A stretch of 63,932 nt of DNA, the filler included, from Olpidium bornovanus S191 (taxonomy: Eukaryota; Fungi; Olpidiomycota), in the NCBI GenBank assembly GCA_017911155.1. It is 31 parts of 31 records of this genome, joined end to end, with 100 filler letters (N's around TTAATTAATTAA, not from the genome) between each part and the next. Parts side by side here need not be neighbours in the genome. Positions count along the whole stretch, not along the records: positions 26,033 to 28,673 come from JAEFCI010008334.1; positions 28,774 to 31,531 come from JAEFCI010008483.1; positions 31,632 to 34,010 come from JAEFCI010003167.1; positions 34,111 to 35,755 come from JAEFCI010003210.1; positions 35,856 to 36,920 come from JAEFCI010004082.1; positions 37,021 to 39,336 come from JAEFCI010013120.1; 25 more parts are not named here. The stretch is one strand, 5' to 3'. Under the pieces are notes generated by a model. It did not search any database. It had not been told where the DNA came from and saw nothing but the letters and a program-made list of their open reading frames with translations. The position numbers were made by a program, and so were the translations under genes. This document shows, in pieces, positions 26,178 through 37,990 of the stretch (within the stretch, counting starts at the first letter, position 1; every line of letters starts with the position of its first letter).

Positions 26178-28205
26178 CATCCCGAGCTTGTACATCGCCG
26201 CGGTGTCCCCGAGCGCCGCGGACTTTCGATAAAACTGCGCCGCCCGCGCGTGGTCCCGCTTCGTCCCGGCGCCCATTTCGTAGCAGACCGCCGTTCGGTA
26301 CGTCGAGGGGGCGTGGCTCTGCTTCGACGCCTGGACGTACAAGGCGAAGGCCTTGTCGTAATCGACCGGCAGCCCCAGCAGACCGTTGCCGTAGCAGTTC
26401 GCCAGGAAAAATTTCGCTTCCGGATAGGCCACCGGGTTTCTGCCGAGCCCGGGGCCCTTTTTTTATTTTTTTATTTTTATTTTTATTCCCAAAGGGAAAG
26501 CACCCGCGTCGAAGCGCGAAGTAAGAGCCGGGAATGCAAAGAGCGCGCCGCCGTCGGCCCCGAGGATACGTTGCGGACGGAACTGTGACTCCGCTCACCT
26601 GACTGGCGAGCCGTTTTATCGACTTCAACCCCTCGCTCAAGAGCGCCTCCCTGTGCTTCCCGCTCGCCTTCGGATCGTCCGGCACCGAGTCCGGCGCGGT
26701 CTGAGCGACCTCGATCAGGAACTTCGCGAATTCGAACTGAACTTGCGGTTCGTTCGACGCCTTCGCGGTCTGCCGGTACTCCTCTATCGATTCCGGGGTG
26801 GCCTGCGCGGCCGCCGACAGCTGCGGCTCCGCGGGCTGGGAGGGGAGCCAGGTGAGGGCGGACGAGTACGAAACCGACCTCGAAGGCCCAGACGCGTCCT
26901 GAGCCCGGCGAGCAAGTTTTTCGGCCCACAAAAGTTTCTGTTAGCGGACCCGGGCCGCGGCCTGCGCCCGGGAATGCAGGCGCGCCCCAACCCCGCAAAA
27001 AAAAAAAAAAATTTGCGGCGAGCTTGGCCCAAATGGCGGCGGAGAGGCGTTCAGTTTCTTCGCACGCTCACCGTAAACGCGCTCTCGTAGCGGATCGCCT
27101 GCTGCTGCTGCTGCAACATAGCCGCCTGCTGCTGCAACAATGCCTGCTGCTGTTGCTGGTATTGGAACATGTTCGGAGCGCCGATATATTGCTGCCAGTT
27201 GCCTTCCCAGCCAAGCGGGTAGCCGAGCCCTTGAGCAAGCTGCCGGTCGGCGCACTGCCACTGCGGGGCGCCGTAGTGGGCGTCGGTGTGCCTGCCGTAC
27301 ACGGCTGGGTTGTCGACGGCGGGCTCGTAATACTTGCCGTCGGGGAGCGGCGGCGGCGGCTGCAGTTGCAGCTGTTGCCGCATTTCCGCCGGCTGCCGGG
27401 GGTCAACGCGGTGCAGGTCGTCGACCAGAGCGTGCGGCTCGTCGCCGGCGGAGGGCAGCTGTTGCGGGGAATGCAGTACCGGCGAACGCATTTCCGCCGG
27501 CTGCCGGTCAACGCGGTGCAGGCCGTCGACCAGAGCGTGCGGCTCGTCGCCGGCGGAGGTCAGCTGTTGCGGGGAATGCGGTACCGGCGACTCGGCGTAC
27601 GCGCCCGGCACAGGGGCGTCCCCGAACAAGGGCGTCAGCGTCGGCCCCTGGGCCCCGTCCGGCCAGCTCTGCGGCAGCACCTGCTGCTGGTCCAGCTGAG
27701 GCGGCGGGTGAATCGGCAGCTGTTCGTGTTGCTCGTGAGGGGGGCCATTGGACAAGTGGTAAAGCGGGTGCTGCTGCTGCTGCAGGACGAGCGGCGGCGG
27801 CGGCAGCGGAGACTGCTCCTGCTCCAGCAGGACGAGCGGCGGCGGCGGCGGCAGCGGCAGCGGCAGCGGCAGCGGCAACGGCGGCTGCTCCTTCGGCAGC
27901 AGGGCAAGCGGCGGCAGCGGCGGCAGCGGCGTCTGCGGCGGCTGCTGCTGCAAATCGATCGGCGGCGGCGGCGGCTGCGGCGGCAACGGCGGCTGCGGCG
28001 GCAGCGGCCGCTGGTGCCGGTTCTGGGGCTGGTGCGGGGGCTGCGGGAGCGGGTGCAGGCCGAACGGCGGCTGGCGCTGCGGCTGGTGCTGCGGCTGCTG
28101 GGCGAACTGCTGCTGCTGGAGCGGGTCCGGCTCGCGGCCGGGATCGGCGGGCAAGACGCGGGCGGCGTCCGGCGAGCGCTCGGCGGCGTCCTTGGGCTGC
28201 TGCAT
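26178..28205 (-). CDS. SKT5: Chitin synthase activator Skt5/Chs4 family (Sel1-like repeats) with P/Q-rich N-terminus; 3' truncated
   Basis: EEYRQTAKASNEPQVQFEFAKFLIE, LLSEGLKSIKRLA, AYPEAKFFLANCYGNGLLGL, YRTAVCYEMGAGTKRD...AAQFYRKSAALGDTAAMYKLG. Confidence 0.88.
27379..27590 (-). repeat. In-frame tandem duplication (~105-108 bp, 2 copies) in the SKT5 N-terminus
   Basis: SPVPHSPQQLTSAGDEPHALVDGLHRVDRQPAEMR followed by SPVLHSPQQLPSAGDEPHALVDDLHRVDPRQPAEMR. Confidence 0.9.
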
Positions 28206-28376
28206 ATCTCGGGGAGGGGGAGGGCGGCGGTGGGCGGAGGGCGGCGGCGGGCGGTGGGGCCCGTTTCTGCCGCCGCGGGGACCACACAGACCCGACTTAC
28301 CTTTTTTTTTTTTTTCCGCCCGCGACGCCACAGGTCGCCAGGACACCCCCGCTCCGGTTTTCCGCCCGGCGAAGCG

Positions 28377-28440
<64 letters not shown>

Positions 28441-28599
28441 CCCCCCCCCCCCCGCCCCCCCCCCCCCCCCCCCCCCGCCAAAAGCCCGCCCTCCCGCCGT
28501 CCTTTCCCGCCCAGGCCGGCCCCGCGGGAGAGTGAGAGAGCGTTCGCGCGCGCGCGGGCGCACCGCACCGTCAACCGCGGTCGGAAAGCCTTCCCGCGA

Positions 28600-28640
<41 letters not shown>

Positions 28641-28773
28641 CCCCCCCCCCCCCCCCCCCCCCCCCCCCGCCCGNNNNNNNNNNNNNNNNNNNNNNNNNNN
28701 NNNNNNNNNNNNNNNNNTTAATTAATTAANNNNNNNNNNNNNNNNNNNNNNNNNNNNNNNNNNNNNNNNNNNN

Positions 28774-29719
28774 CATGCAAAGTCGCTGGATGACTCACGG
28801 CGGCTGTGCGTCGACGCTTGGCAGCTCCACGGCTTGACGGACCCGACCTCGGCTCCTCAGGGCGTGGGTCACCCGTCAATGTTTGTGCACGTTCACGGCG
28901 AGTTCCTGGACGGTAGGCAGCCAATGGATTTACACGCAAGCTCTTGGTATGGCGTCTGACGTTGTTGATTGCCGGTTTTTTTGCAGTGAAGACATCTCGG
29001 TCATTCGACAGAACGTTCACTCTGGCACCGTCGGACGCGGGATCACCGTAAGTGTGTAGGCCGGGGATGTAAGGGTTTCAGCCACGCAATCAGCGAAGTC
29101 CCCACCTGCTCAATGCTTTCGGTACCGCTGTCTTCAGAGCGCAAACTGCCGGCTGGCCAGTTGTGATCCTAAGCGACGTGTTGACAATCAGACCATATGC
29201 GGGATTTGAGGCGTGGCAACCAGAAGCGGCCGAAAGCCAGTCTCTTCAACCGGGTATCCAGCGGTTGTGCGACGTGAGCGCGCAGGGAGATCGGCAGGCA
29301 TCCGACGGCCTGGTGAGCCGCGTTTTTGGTGCATTATACCTGCACGTTACACGTCCCTGAGAATGTGAGGCGAAAGATGCTCCTGGCCTGACGCGAGGCC
29401 TCCTGGGTTGCCGGCTCCACAGAATGAGGAGCAGCGGCGGCTTGCGGCGGAACTTGGCCGGGTGACGGGTTTGAACCGGGCGTTTGCCGTCCAGTACCTC
29501 GCGGATAACGGTTGGAAATTCGACGCGGCTGTCGCGCGGTTCAACGAGTTGCGTGTACGTTTTTAGCCGTTCCTTTTTTCCAATCTTTAAGGCGTCGGTC
29601 GTGGATCTAGCCCTGCACGGTTTGGGTGGGGGTCGGAAAGGAACGCGGCGCCTAACGGCCGACTGTGGCGTTGTTCACAGGCTTCTGGGACAATCCCTCG
29701 GGAAGCGTTTGCAATGTAG
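28774..29719 (+). CDS. MEX67: mRNA export receptor Mex67/NXF1, 3' part (NTF2-like and TAP-C/UBA domains); multi-exon
   Basis: Hand-translated exons: MFVHVHGEFLD / SRSFDRTFTLAPS / GWPVVILSDVLTIRPY / EEQRRLAAELGRVTGLNRAFAVQYLADNGWKFDAAVARFNEL / ASGTIPREAFAM* (TAG 29717-29719). Confidence 0.9.
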
Positions 29720-31373
29720 AAGGAGCTACGGCAGGGGGGGAGGGGGGTGGTTGTGGATCTGATGGTCATACGGAAATTCCCGCTATGCCTTTTCCCGTCT
29801 TCTTTTTTCATTCTTCGAGGGGGGGGCTTGGTCGTTTGCTGGCTTCGAGGTTAACCCATATATCACAACCCACACAAACGCTGCTTTTTTCCTTTTAACG
29901 AAAAAAGAAGGGGAGGGGTTGGAGGGAGCCGTGATACTTTTTTTCGTTTCGTTTCGCCCATCGTGACATTTGCCATTCCAAAAAAAAAAAAATCGTGCGG
30001 CGGGCCCTTTGTTTCATTTTTGGTTTTTGCAAATGCGGATGTGAACACGCAACAAATACTCAAATACAAGTTAACACCAGAAATCAGGGGTAATCAATAG
30101 TCAAGCGGTGCAAAAGCGGTGTGCGAGAGCCGCGGATTTCCTAGTGAGTCCTGCTGGGTTTAAAACCACGGGTAAATGTAGGAATCGCATTTACTGGCTT
30201 TTCCACAATAAAAGTATTCCGGGGAAACACGAGGAATACTAATCCACGAGGAATTGCAATTTCACATATTTGCTGGTGCTTCCCCGCCATTACTCGCCCC
30301 CAGAGACCCAACAATTCCCGTACCTACCCCCTGCCCATTTCGGCATACGGGCACCCGTGAGTATGCTACCAACTTACGCGGGCACTTGTACCACCCTGCT
30401 ATCCCGAATGCGGTCATCATACCGCCATCGCTACCATTGCCTTCAACTATGCAGCAGGGCTATATGTTGTGGATAAGCGAAAACCGGCCTTCGGGAAAGG
30501 GCGTGTACGACCCGCGACGTGCTGGCAGGCCTGTCAAGGGCCTGGCTGGGGAAAAGGAAGAGAACTCAAGGACGTGGGGGATGGGAAAGTCTAGATAGAG
30601 AGCAGGAGACACCAGAATCAACGAGCTCGTCTGTCAGTGTGAGGCGTCGGGAAACAGCGCGGGTGGCATCTGCGTTCGCCGTGAAATAAAGACAAGACTC
30701 GTCCGATGCGCTGGGGCTGACGTGTACCTTCGTGATAAAGACCGATGCGCAGGCGTTGCGCGAAACATTTGAGCATTCCCGCGGAAAGGATAGTCATGCT
30801 CGTCGAAAACGAGATTCGGCTCGTCCAACCGCCAGCGGGCCTTTTTCACGCAATTCTCCTAACCTTCGGACGCCCCCGTTGTCGCGTGGTGAAAATCGCG
30901 GTTTGCCGTCGGGCGGCGAAAAAGATCGTTCGCTTCGACCGCAAAAAAAGCGACCGCGCGCAGGCGAATAAAATCAACCATACTATTCACCCTCGCCTCA
31001 AGGCCGGCGGCCACAGACCATCTCTGGGGCAAGTTGGGTGCCAAGCCTTTTGCGGGGTACTCCCCTCAGGACGGTTCATGCGATCAGTAAATAAGATGTC
31101 TGGGCTGGCCGGCCGCCATGCGGATCCGTCATACTTTGGCTTTCCGATCAGGGCGCTCGTGTGTGTTCAGCGTTCGCTTCGCGTTCCAGCGAGATAATCT
31201 TTTTAACGAGGTAAATGTGCACGTCGTGGGTACATGTGGCAGGTGCAAAAGGTGTGCAACAGGGCATTGCCCTTGGTGTCTGTAAAGTCCTTCCAGCTCG
31301 ACTTGATCCTGCAGCAGACAGGGAATTGGCCACCGTGATTCGTACGATACATTAAAAGATGCCGGTGCGCCGT

Positions 31374-31456
31374 TCCGCGAAGTTCTGCCACGGGGTGTGC
31401 GCGATGTCCGCGAAATTCTGCCACGGGGTGTGCGCGATGTCCGCGAAATTCTGCCA
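31374..31456. repeat. 33-bp tandem repeat, ~2.5 copies
   Basis: Unit TCCGCGAA(A/G)TTCTGCCACGGGGTGTGCGCGATG at 31374, 31407 and partially at 31440. Confidence 0.9.
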
Positions 31457-32198
31457 TTTGAGCATCGCTATGGTTTTCACTGAATTCGGTAAAGTCACCT
31501 TGAAAGCCGGCACCACTGTCAGTCCTCATGGNNNNNNNNNNNNNNNNNNNNNNNNNNNNNNNNNNNNNNNNNNNNTTAATTAATTAANNNNNNNNNNNNN
31601 NNNNNNNNNNNNNNNNNNNNNNNNNNNNNNNCATGTCTTTTCCTTCTCCATCCGCGAGAGCCCGTCCTCTACCGACCGCCTCTCAAAGGGGGGTGTTGAC
31701 GGACTTTTCTGTGTTGGTCACCTGACTCTGATTTTGGGTGACCCCAGCCAAACAGGGCTTCTCAAGACGCCTTTCCATAGTCGCTCTACCATACACAATA
31801 AAGGTAAACGAAATCAGACCGTACACCACTGTCCTCTGAGCCGCTCAGCTCAGAGTGGACACCGTGTGCATTTTCTATGGATCTCCTTCCCTCTTCTAAA
31901 TGTTTGCCCCTAATTCGGATGGCTCACTGCTTGTCGCATGTTGGTCCAGAGAGGAACTTCCAAACGGGCGACCTTCGGGTATTGAAACAACCCTGTAACG
32001 TCGGGAAGGTTGATTTACAAACCTCAAAAGAGTGCCCAGTAAAAGTTTGGAGAAATTGGCTGGAGTGGGGCGCCTGGGCCATAACGATCCGACTTGGGGA
32101 AGAGATTTTCTCCTTTGCAAAAACAGTCACATGACTGGACCATACGCGACAACCTGCCCCTCCGCTCCCCGCGCACCCCGTCCCGTCTCATACACGAT

Positions 32199-34010
32199 AT
32201 GGCCACAAGCGATGAGGCCGGGACGGGGAGGAAGGCTTGCCGCGATGGCGCAGAGCCCTTGGAGGCCTCGCCTTGCGGAGGGGCAGCAGCCACCGCGAGC
32301 AGCACGCCGTCCACCGCCGTCTTCCAGGACGCAGGAGGGAACTGCCTCGATTGCGGCAGGAGTGGGCCGGGTGAAGGCAATTCAGGGAGAACCGGGCCTT
32401 TCCTGACCAAGAGGCGGCGAGCCCGGAGCAGGTGCAGGAAGATCAGGCACGCGAAGACAGCACACCATGTGAGACCGATGCACTGGCTGGTCCTCTTTCT
32501 CAGCTGCATGCTGCTTTTCGGGAACTATTACTGGTAGGCGGGCGGAGGAGGAGGAAGGTGGGAGGAATTAGCGACCCGCGCGGCTTATTTTTTAAAGGAA
32601 ATGAGCACGGCCGAACCGTTTTGTCTTGGGAAGGGAGGGGCTCGTTCTGCTTTTTGTTCCTATTGTGGACTCAGTTTTGTTGGTTTTACATGGTGACATC
32701 GCACGTCTCCGACTCGTTCTGCGGGGAAATCGAGCAATTTTCACCGTCCTGAGCTCACCTGTCTGTAACTTCCGCCGCGTGGCCGCCTTAGCTATGACAT
32801 CCCCGCTGCCCTCAACGTACAACTCCAACACTGGATTGGGAGCGATTACAGCTACTACCAATGGCAGCTTAACCTGCTCTACTCGGTGTACTCGGCGCCG
32901 AACGTCGTCCTGCCGGTTATTGGGGGCCTGCTCGTCGATCGACTAGGGCCCGCGCGCATGCTGGTCGGATTCACGCTTTGTGTCATCGTCGGCCAGTCCA
33001 TGTTCGCGTGGGGAGTATCTACGCGGTCCTTCGGGCTCATGGTTTTCGGCCGACTAGTCTTCGGCTTGGGAGGGGAGTCGCTGGAAGTTGCGCAGGCGCG
33101 CGTTACCACGGACTGGTTCCGAGGGCGCGGCCTCGGTTTCGCCCTCAGCCTTAATCTCGCATCGGCCCGGCTGGCAACGGCAGTGAACGACAATGTCTCC
33201 CCGCTCATCCAGGAGCTAACAAACACCGCATTTGCAAGCTGGTTTGGCGCCATCGTGTGCGTCCTCAGTGGCGTCGCAGGATTGTGGATGCTCGTGCTCG
33301 ACAGGCCTGATATCCGCCGTAGGGCGGGCGTTGGGATAACTTGTGCCGACATCATGGAATACGGGACGGGAGAAGGCGAGGAAGGCGATCCTCTTCTCTT
33401 CGCAAGGGAGGAGGAAACGCAAGTCGCCTCACCTCGAAACCGCGATGCTCCAGTCTCCGCAGAAGACGCAAGCTCGCCTTCGGTCATGTTCGTGGACGAG
33501 ACTGATGTCAATGTGCATGTGACTCATGGTGATTTGCCGGTGGGACACCACCAGCGGCACAGAAGCGACCCTGAAAACGGAATGTCCTTGGAGGCTGAGA
33601 TTGTTGAGGATGAGAAAATGCGGATAGCGGACATCATCCAGTTACAGCCGTCGTTCTGGGTGTTATGCCTGATATGGTAAAAACCTGTTAAGAAACCCGT
33701 TATCAGCAAAGTTGAAAGCGTTTGAGCCCCCAATATCTAATCCCGTCCGATGTGCTCGCAAGGGCAGCATTTTGCTGTACGGGTCCGTGGTGCCCTTCAT
33801 CCATATATCGTCCGATTGTAAGTGGCAGGATTGTGGGCGTGCTCATTGCCGCCGAATACGCAATACGCTTTCTAACTACCACTGCAAATGCAGTCCTTCA
33901 GACGAAATGGTATCCAGGAAACCCCCGAAAGGCTGGATCTGTGATGTCTATCCCGGACATTGTATCGGCAATTGGGTCCCCAATGTGCGGGTTCGTGATT
34001 GACCGCATGG
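32199..34010 (+). CDS. MFSD1: MFS transporter, MFSD1 (lysosomal/vacuolar dipeptide transporter) family; 3' truncated
   Basis: HWLVLFLSCMLLFGNYY / YDIPAAL / YSAPNVVLPVIGGLLVDRLG / GRLVFGLGGESLEVAQ...WFRGRGLGFAL...ARL parallels MFSD1 (YSWPNVVL, GRFVFGIGGESLAVAQ). Confidence 0.88.
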
Positions 34011-34110
34011 NNNNNNNNNNNNNNNNNNNNNNNNNNNNNNNNNNNNNNNNNNNNTTAATTAATTAANNNNNNNNNNNNNNNNNNNNNNNNNNNNNNNNNN
34101 NNNNNNNNNN

Positions 34111-35515
34111 CATGGACGTCGACGGGGCCGGAAAAAAGAACCAGCAGCGGGAGTTCAACGAGGTCAACATTGAGGAATGCTTCGACCTTTTCACAGCTCA
34201 GGAGATGATTCCAGACTGGAGGTGCCCCAATTGCCAAAAGAAGATGGTCGCCGTGAAGTGGGCATTTCGTTCCCTTCCCGCCTCCAATACAACTCTGTTA
34301 GCCGGCATATTAATTCTGGGTGCTGGTCCCGGCTGGCAGGACTCAGAGGTTCGCCACTTTTCCGGACGTCCTGGTCGTCCATACTCGCAGGTTTGAATTA
34401 GAGAGCTGGGTGCCAAAAAAGTTAGGTCAGTTGGAGCTCAGAGAACGCATTCCAAACGGGGCATCGCTTACTCATCCATTGGGACGCCCAGATATTCCTA
34501 TCGCCGTCACCTTTGGCATCTTGGATCTTGAGAAATATCGTTCGACGGGGAAGCTATCCTCGGAACAAGTGCTTCCTGAGGACGATGCGGGTGAATAGAA
34601 GATTACTGTTAGCTGAAAGGCGATGGGCGTGACTAACACTGCTTGCCTCCAGTAGGAGCTGCTTCAGGTCTTGCTGTGGACGAGGTCGCCCTTGAACAGC
34701 TAATGGCAATGGGGTTCCCGAAAGTCCGGTGTCAGCGTGCTCTGCTGAAGACCGGTAACAACGGGTCTGAAGTAGCCATGAATTGGCTATTCGAACACAT
34801 GGAAGACCAAGGTAAGACAAGGTTGGAAATCCGTCCTATAAAAATAACACCTGGTTGTCAAAGGGTGAACCCCCCTCCACTCGGCATACTAAGAAGGCAC
34901 CATCCCCTTAAGACATTGATGATCCCATCGATGCCGGCGAGTCCACTAGCGCTCAAGTTTCGGAAGCCGAAGTCTCCATGCTAGCAGACATGGGGTTCAC
35001 CCCTGCCCAAGCGAGGAAGGCGTTGAGAGAAACGGTGAGTGACGACGGCCAGGAGCCAAAACCGGTCCATACAGCGGCAGATCTGATCTTTCGTTACGTT
35101 TTCGGCGTCGTTTTCGCGAAGAATAACGACGTCGAAAGGGCCGTGGAGTGGCTGTTCAGCCACCCCGAAGAAACCGGCGAAGAGGCCGCTGCTGTCCCAG
35201 TCGCCAAGCAAAACACCGCGGGTGAGAATTCCTTTCGCGTTTCCCAGGTGTCGAATATGTCGCCGCGTGCTGGCGAGATTAACCCGTTTTTATTTGGAAG
35301 ACGCGCTGAAGAAGGGTCGCTTCTCGCTGAAGGCTTTCGTGTCGCACAAGGGCACCAGCGTCCACTGCGGCCACTACGTCGCCCACATCCGGAACGTAGG
35401 GGGCGCTGCCGGGGACAATGAGTGGACGATGTTCAACGACGAGAAAGTGGTAGCTGCGCCCAACCCGCCCGTCGACCAGGCGTACATACTCATTTTCGAG
35501 CGCCGCGAAGAGTAA
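34111..35515 (+). CDS. UBP14: Ubiquitin C-terminal hydrolase 14 / isopeptidase T, 3' part; multi-exon
   Basis: FATFPDVLVVHTRRF..WVPKKL, two UBA domains (LEQLMAMGFPKVRCQRAL...NWLFEHMED; MLADMGFTPAQARKAL...NNDVERAVEWLFSHP) and His box FVSHKGTSVHCGHYVAH...FNDEKV. Confidence 0.95.
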
Positions 35516-36864
35516 GCTCGGCGCGAGAACGCCGGTGCCGGGTCACCGAAGGCGTCTGCGCGCCGTGAAGGGCTTCCGTGGCGTTGCGGCTACAAAGAAA
35601 AGTGGAGCAAAACCCCGCGTGCCGGGAAAAACTCAAATGCACTCGCTATGGGTTTTCGTTTGGCCACCAGCGGAGCTGCGCGGGGGGGTTGCAATCACAT
35701 CTCGCGGGATCACACGGCGGTCGGTGACCGCGGCGGGTCCAAAACCGCAAGTCGGNNNNNNNNNNNNNNNNNNNNNNNNNNNNNNNNNNNNNNNNNNNNT
35801 TAATTAATTAANNNNNNNNNNNNNNNNNNNNNNNNNNNNNNNNNNNNNNNNNNNNCTCCGCCCGCGCCGAAAGTTCGCCTTCGCCGAGAACACGGGTGCC
35901 CGGTGATAAAACGGACGACGCGCGAGCTTCGCGAGCTTGGCATGAAAAGAAAAATGGGAACTCGAGTGGGGTCTGAACTCTCCTTCTCAGGGATCGTTGC
36001 TTTGAGGACGGGCGCGAGGGGGGATCCGGGACACCCCGTCTGGCACGCCGCGAGAAGCGGTGGGAAAGGAAACTGTCTCTGCATGCGCGGCAGTCGCTCG
36101 AATAACCTGAGCGGCACCGTCACGAGGTGGGGGGGGGACAGGTCCTGCGCACCCGGCCGAGCTCGGCCCCGGTGTGCAGGATTGTTTGGTAAGCGTTGTT
36201 TGCTCCGGGACCGAGTGTCCCGCGGCTCCTGACGGCGCGGGTTTAAGTCCTCGGTGACATTTTCGCCCGGTCGTCCCATTTCCACCGGCGACGTTGTCAC
36301 GCCCGTCTTGTGCCGTTGCGACGCGTCACGAGTGACTGAAACGTTTTCTAACTTAACTTCGACGCCAATAACGGCGCAAGGACAAATCTCATTGGAACAA
36401 AAGAAGTAAAGCGGGGTGCGGCGGTCGGCGGATTTCCGGGATCTGTCACATCGCGGGGATTCGCAGATCCGCGGGATCCGCGCGAATTTGCTGATTTCGC
36501 GAGATGCCGATTTGCGGGGTTCGCGGATTCGGATTCGCGGGATTCGCAGATTCACGGGGGTTCGCGGAGTTCCCAACTTTCTACCGTTTAATCCTCGTTT
36601 CCCGGCGGCGCTAACCGTGTCCTTCCCTGATTGTGTTTGCCCGCCGGGACGGGGAGAGAGCAGTTCTGGCCGCGCAAAGCTGCCCGTCCCTCCCCACCGC
36701 GGCAATTGATCACGTGCGCCAACGGCCCCCTACTCGGCAAAATGCCCGGTATGTATGATGTGTGGATTCAGCGGAAGAGGGCGTGGGGTGGGTGGGGTGG
36801 GTGGGGTGGGTTTTAAAATGCAGCTTGGAAAAGACCAAAAAAAAAAATGCAGCTTGGAAAAGAC

Positions 36865-36920
<56 letters not shown>

Positions 36921-37046
36921 NNNNNNNNNNNNNNNNNNNNNNNNNNNNNNNNNNNNNNNNNNNNTTAATTAATTAANNNNNNNNNNNNNNNNNNNNNNNN
37001 NNNNNNNNNNNNNNNNNNNNCATGGGATATAGGAGATAGATTCCCT

Positions 37047-37278
37047 AGGAGAGGTGGGGTGTTGGGAAAAGAGGGGGAGAGCCGAGCGCAGCTCCTGCGG
37101 GAATCATACCCGCCCTTTCCTTTCCCTGTAAATCCTGCACGCAAATGCCTCACAAAACAAACCGAAAACCTGTAGAGAGTCTACAGCGTCCCGAACCGCG
37201 CAGTGCCTGTCTCCCCGTGGTCCTCCACTGTGCGCTCGTCTTCCGTTGTCTCCCCTTGGTTCTTCTGTCCGTTGTTCA
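37047..37278 (+). mobile_element. Polypurine tract plus putative 3' LTR (family shared with 43632-43878)
   Basis: AGGAGAGGTGGGG (37047-37059) directly precedes TGTTGG at 37060. The next ~220 bp align by eye with 43632-43878 and end ...GTTCA. Confidence 0.6.
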
Positions 37279-37990
37279 CCTCCCTCACCCCCCCGGCTCC
37301 CGCGCGGTGGCTTGAAACCGACCAAAAATGGGTCGGGCGCCAAATGAACGTCTTCGTCCCTAAACGGGCACGCGCGCAGCAACTCCAGGCCAAAGAAAGC
37401 GCCTTCCCCTTTCGTTGGCTTCGAGAACGGGCCGCGCCGCAAAGTCTGGCGGAAGCTTTTCGTTTCGGGAAATTTCACAAGGGAGCCCCACGTCCCGCCC
37501 TGAGGCTGACACGCATCTCGGGTATAGCGTTCCGTTTGACGTTTCGTCAGGGTGGACGAGCGATGACCGTTACACCGGACCCCGGTAGAAAAGAGAGGTG
37601 GGGAAGGGCGCTCGAGGGTTTGCATCGATCGATTTTCATTGGACCGGCGACCTAGTGGCCGGCGTTCACCGCTGAATCAAGAGTGGTGGCAGCGGGTGCG
37701 GCACCGGCTCTCCGGGCGGAGATTTCCGAAGGTCGAGCGGGGTGATCCCACCACCCGTGTGACAAAAAATTTGTGCGGCGGACAAACGGGGTGCAGACCG
37801 GGCCTGACCAAGCGTCGCAGAAGACAGACCAATCCCCACTTCTCTCGGGTTTGGCGGGCGGCGGGAGCGGCAGTGTAAACAGACAGTCCCCGCCGCAAAG
37901 CCCTCTCTCCATTTGGCACCGCTGCTCGGCAGCAGCGGGAGAGACAAAGAGGGGGGTTCCCCTCGCTGGTGAAAAACGAGCCGAGGACGA

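Noticed and set aside
27024-28729. Long + strand ORFs (503 and 529 aa) opposite SKT5; likewise 10380-11639 +, 19478-20326 + and 37652-38995 -
   Set aside because: Antisense shadows of GC-rich coding sequence; the opposite strand has the recognisable or better-supported protein.
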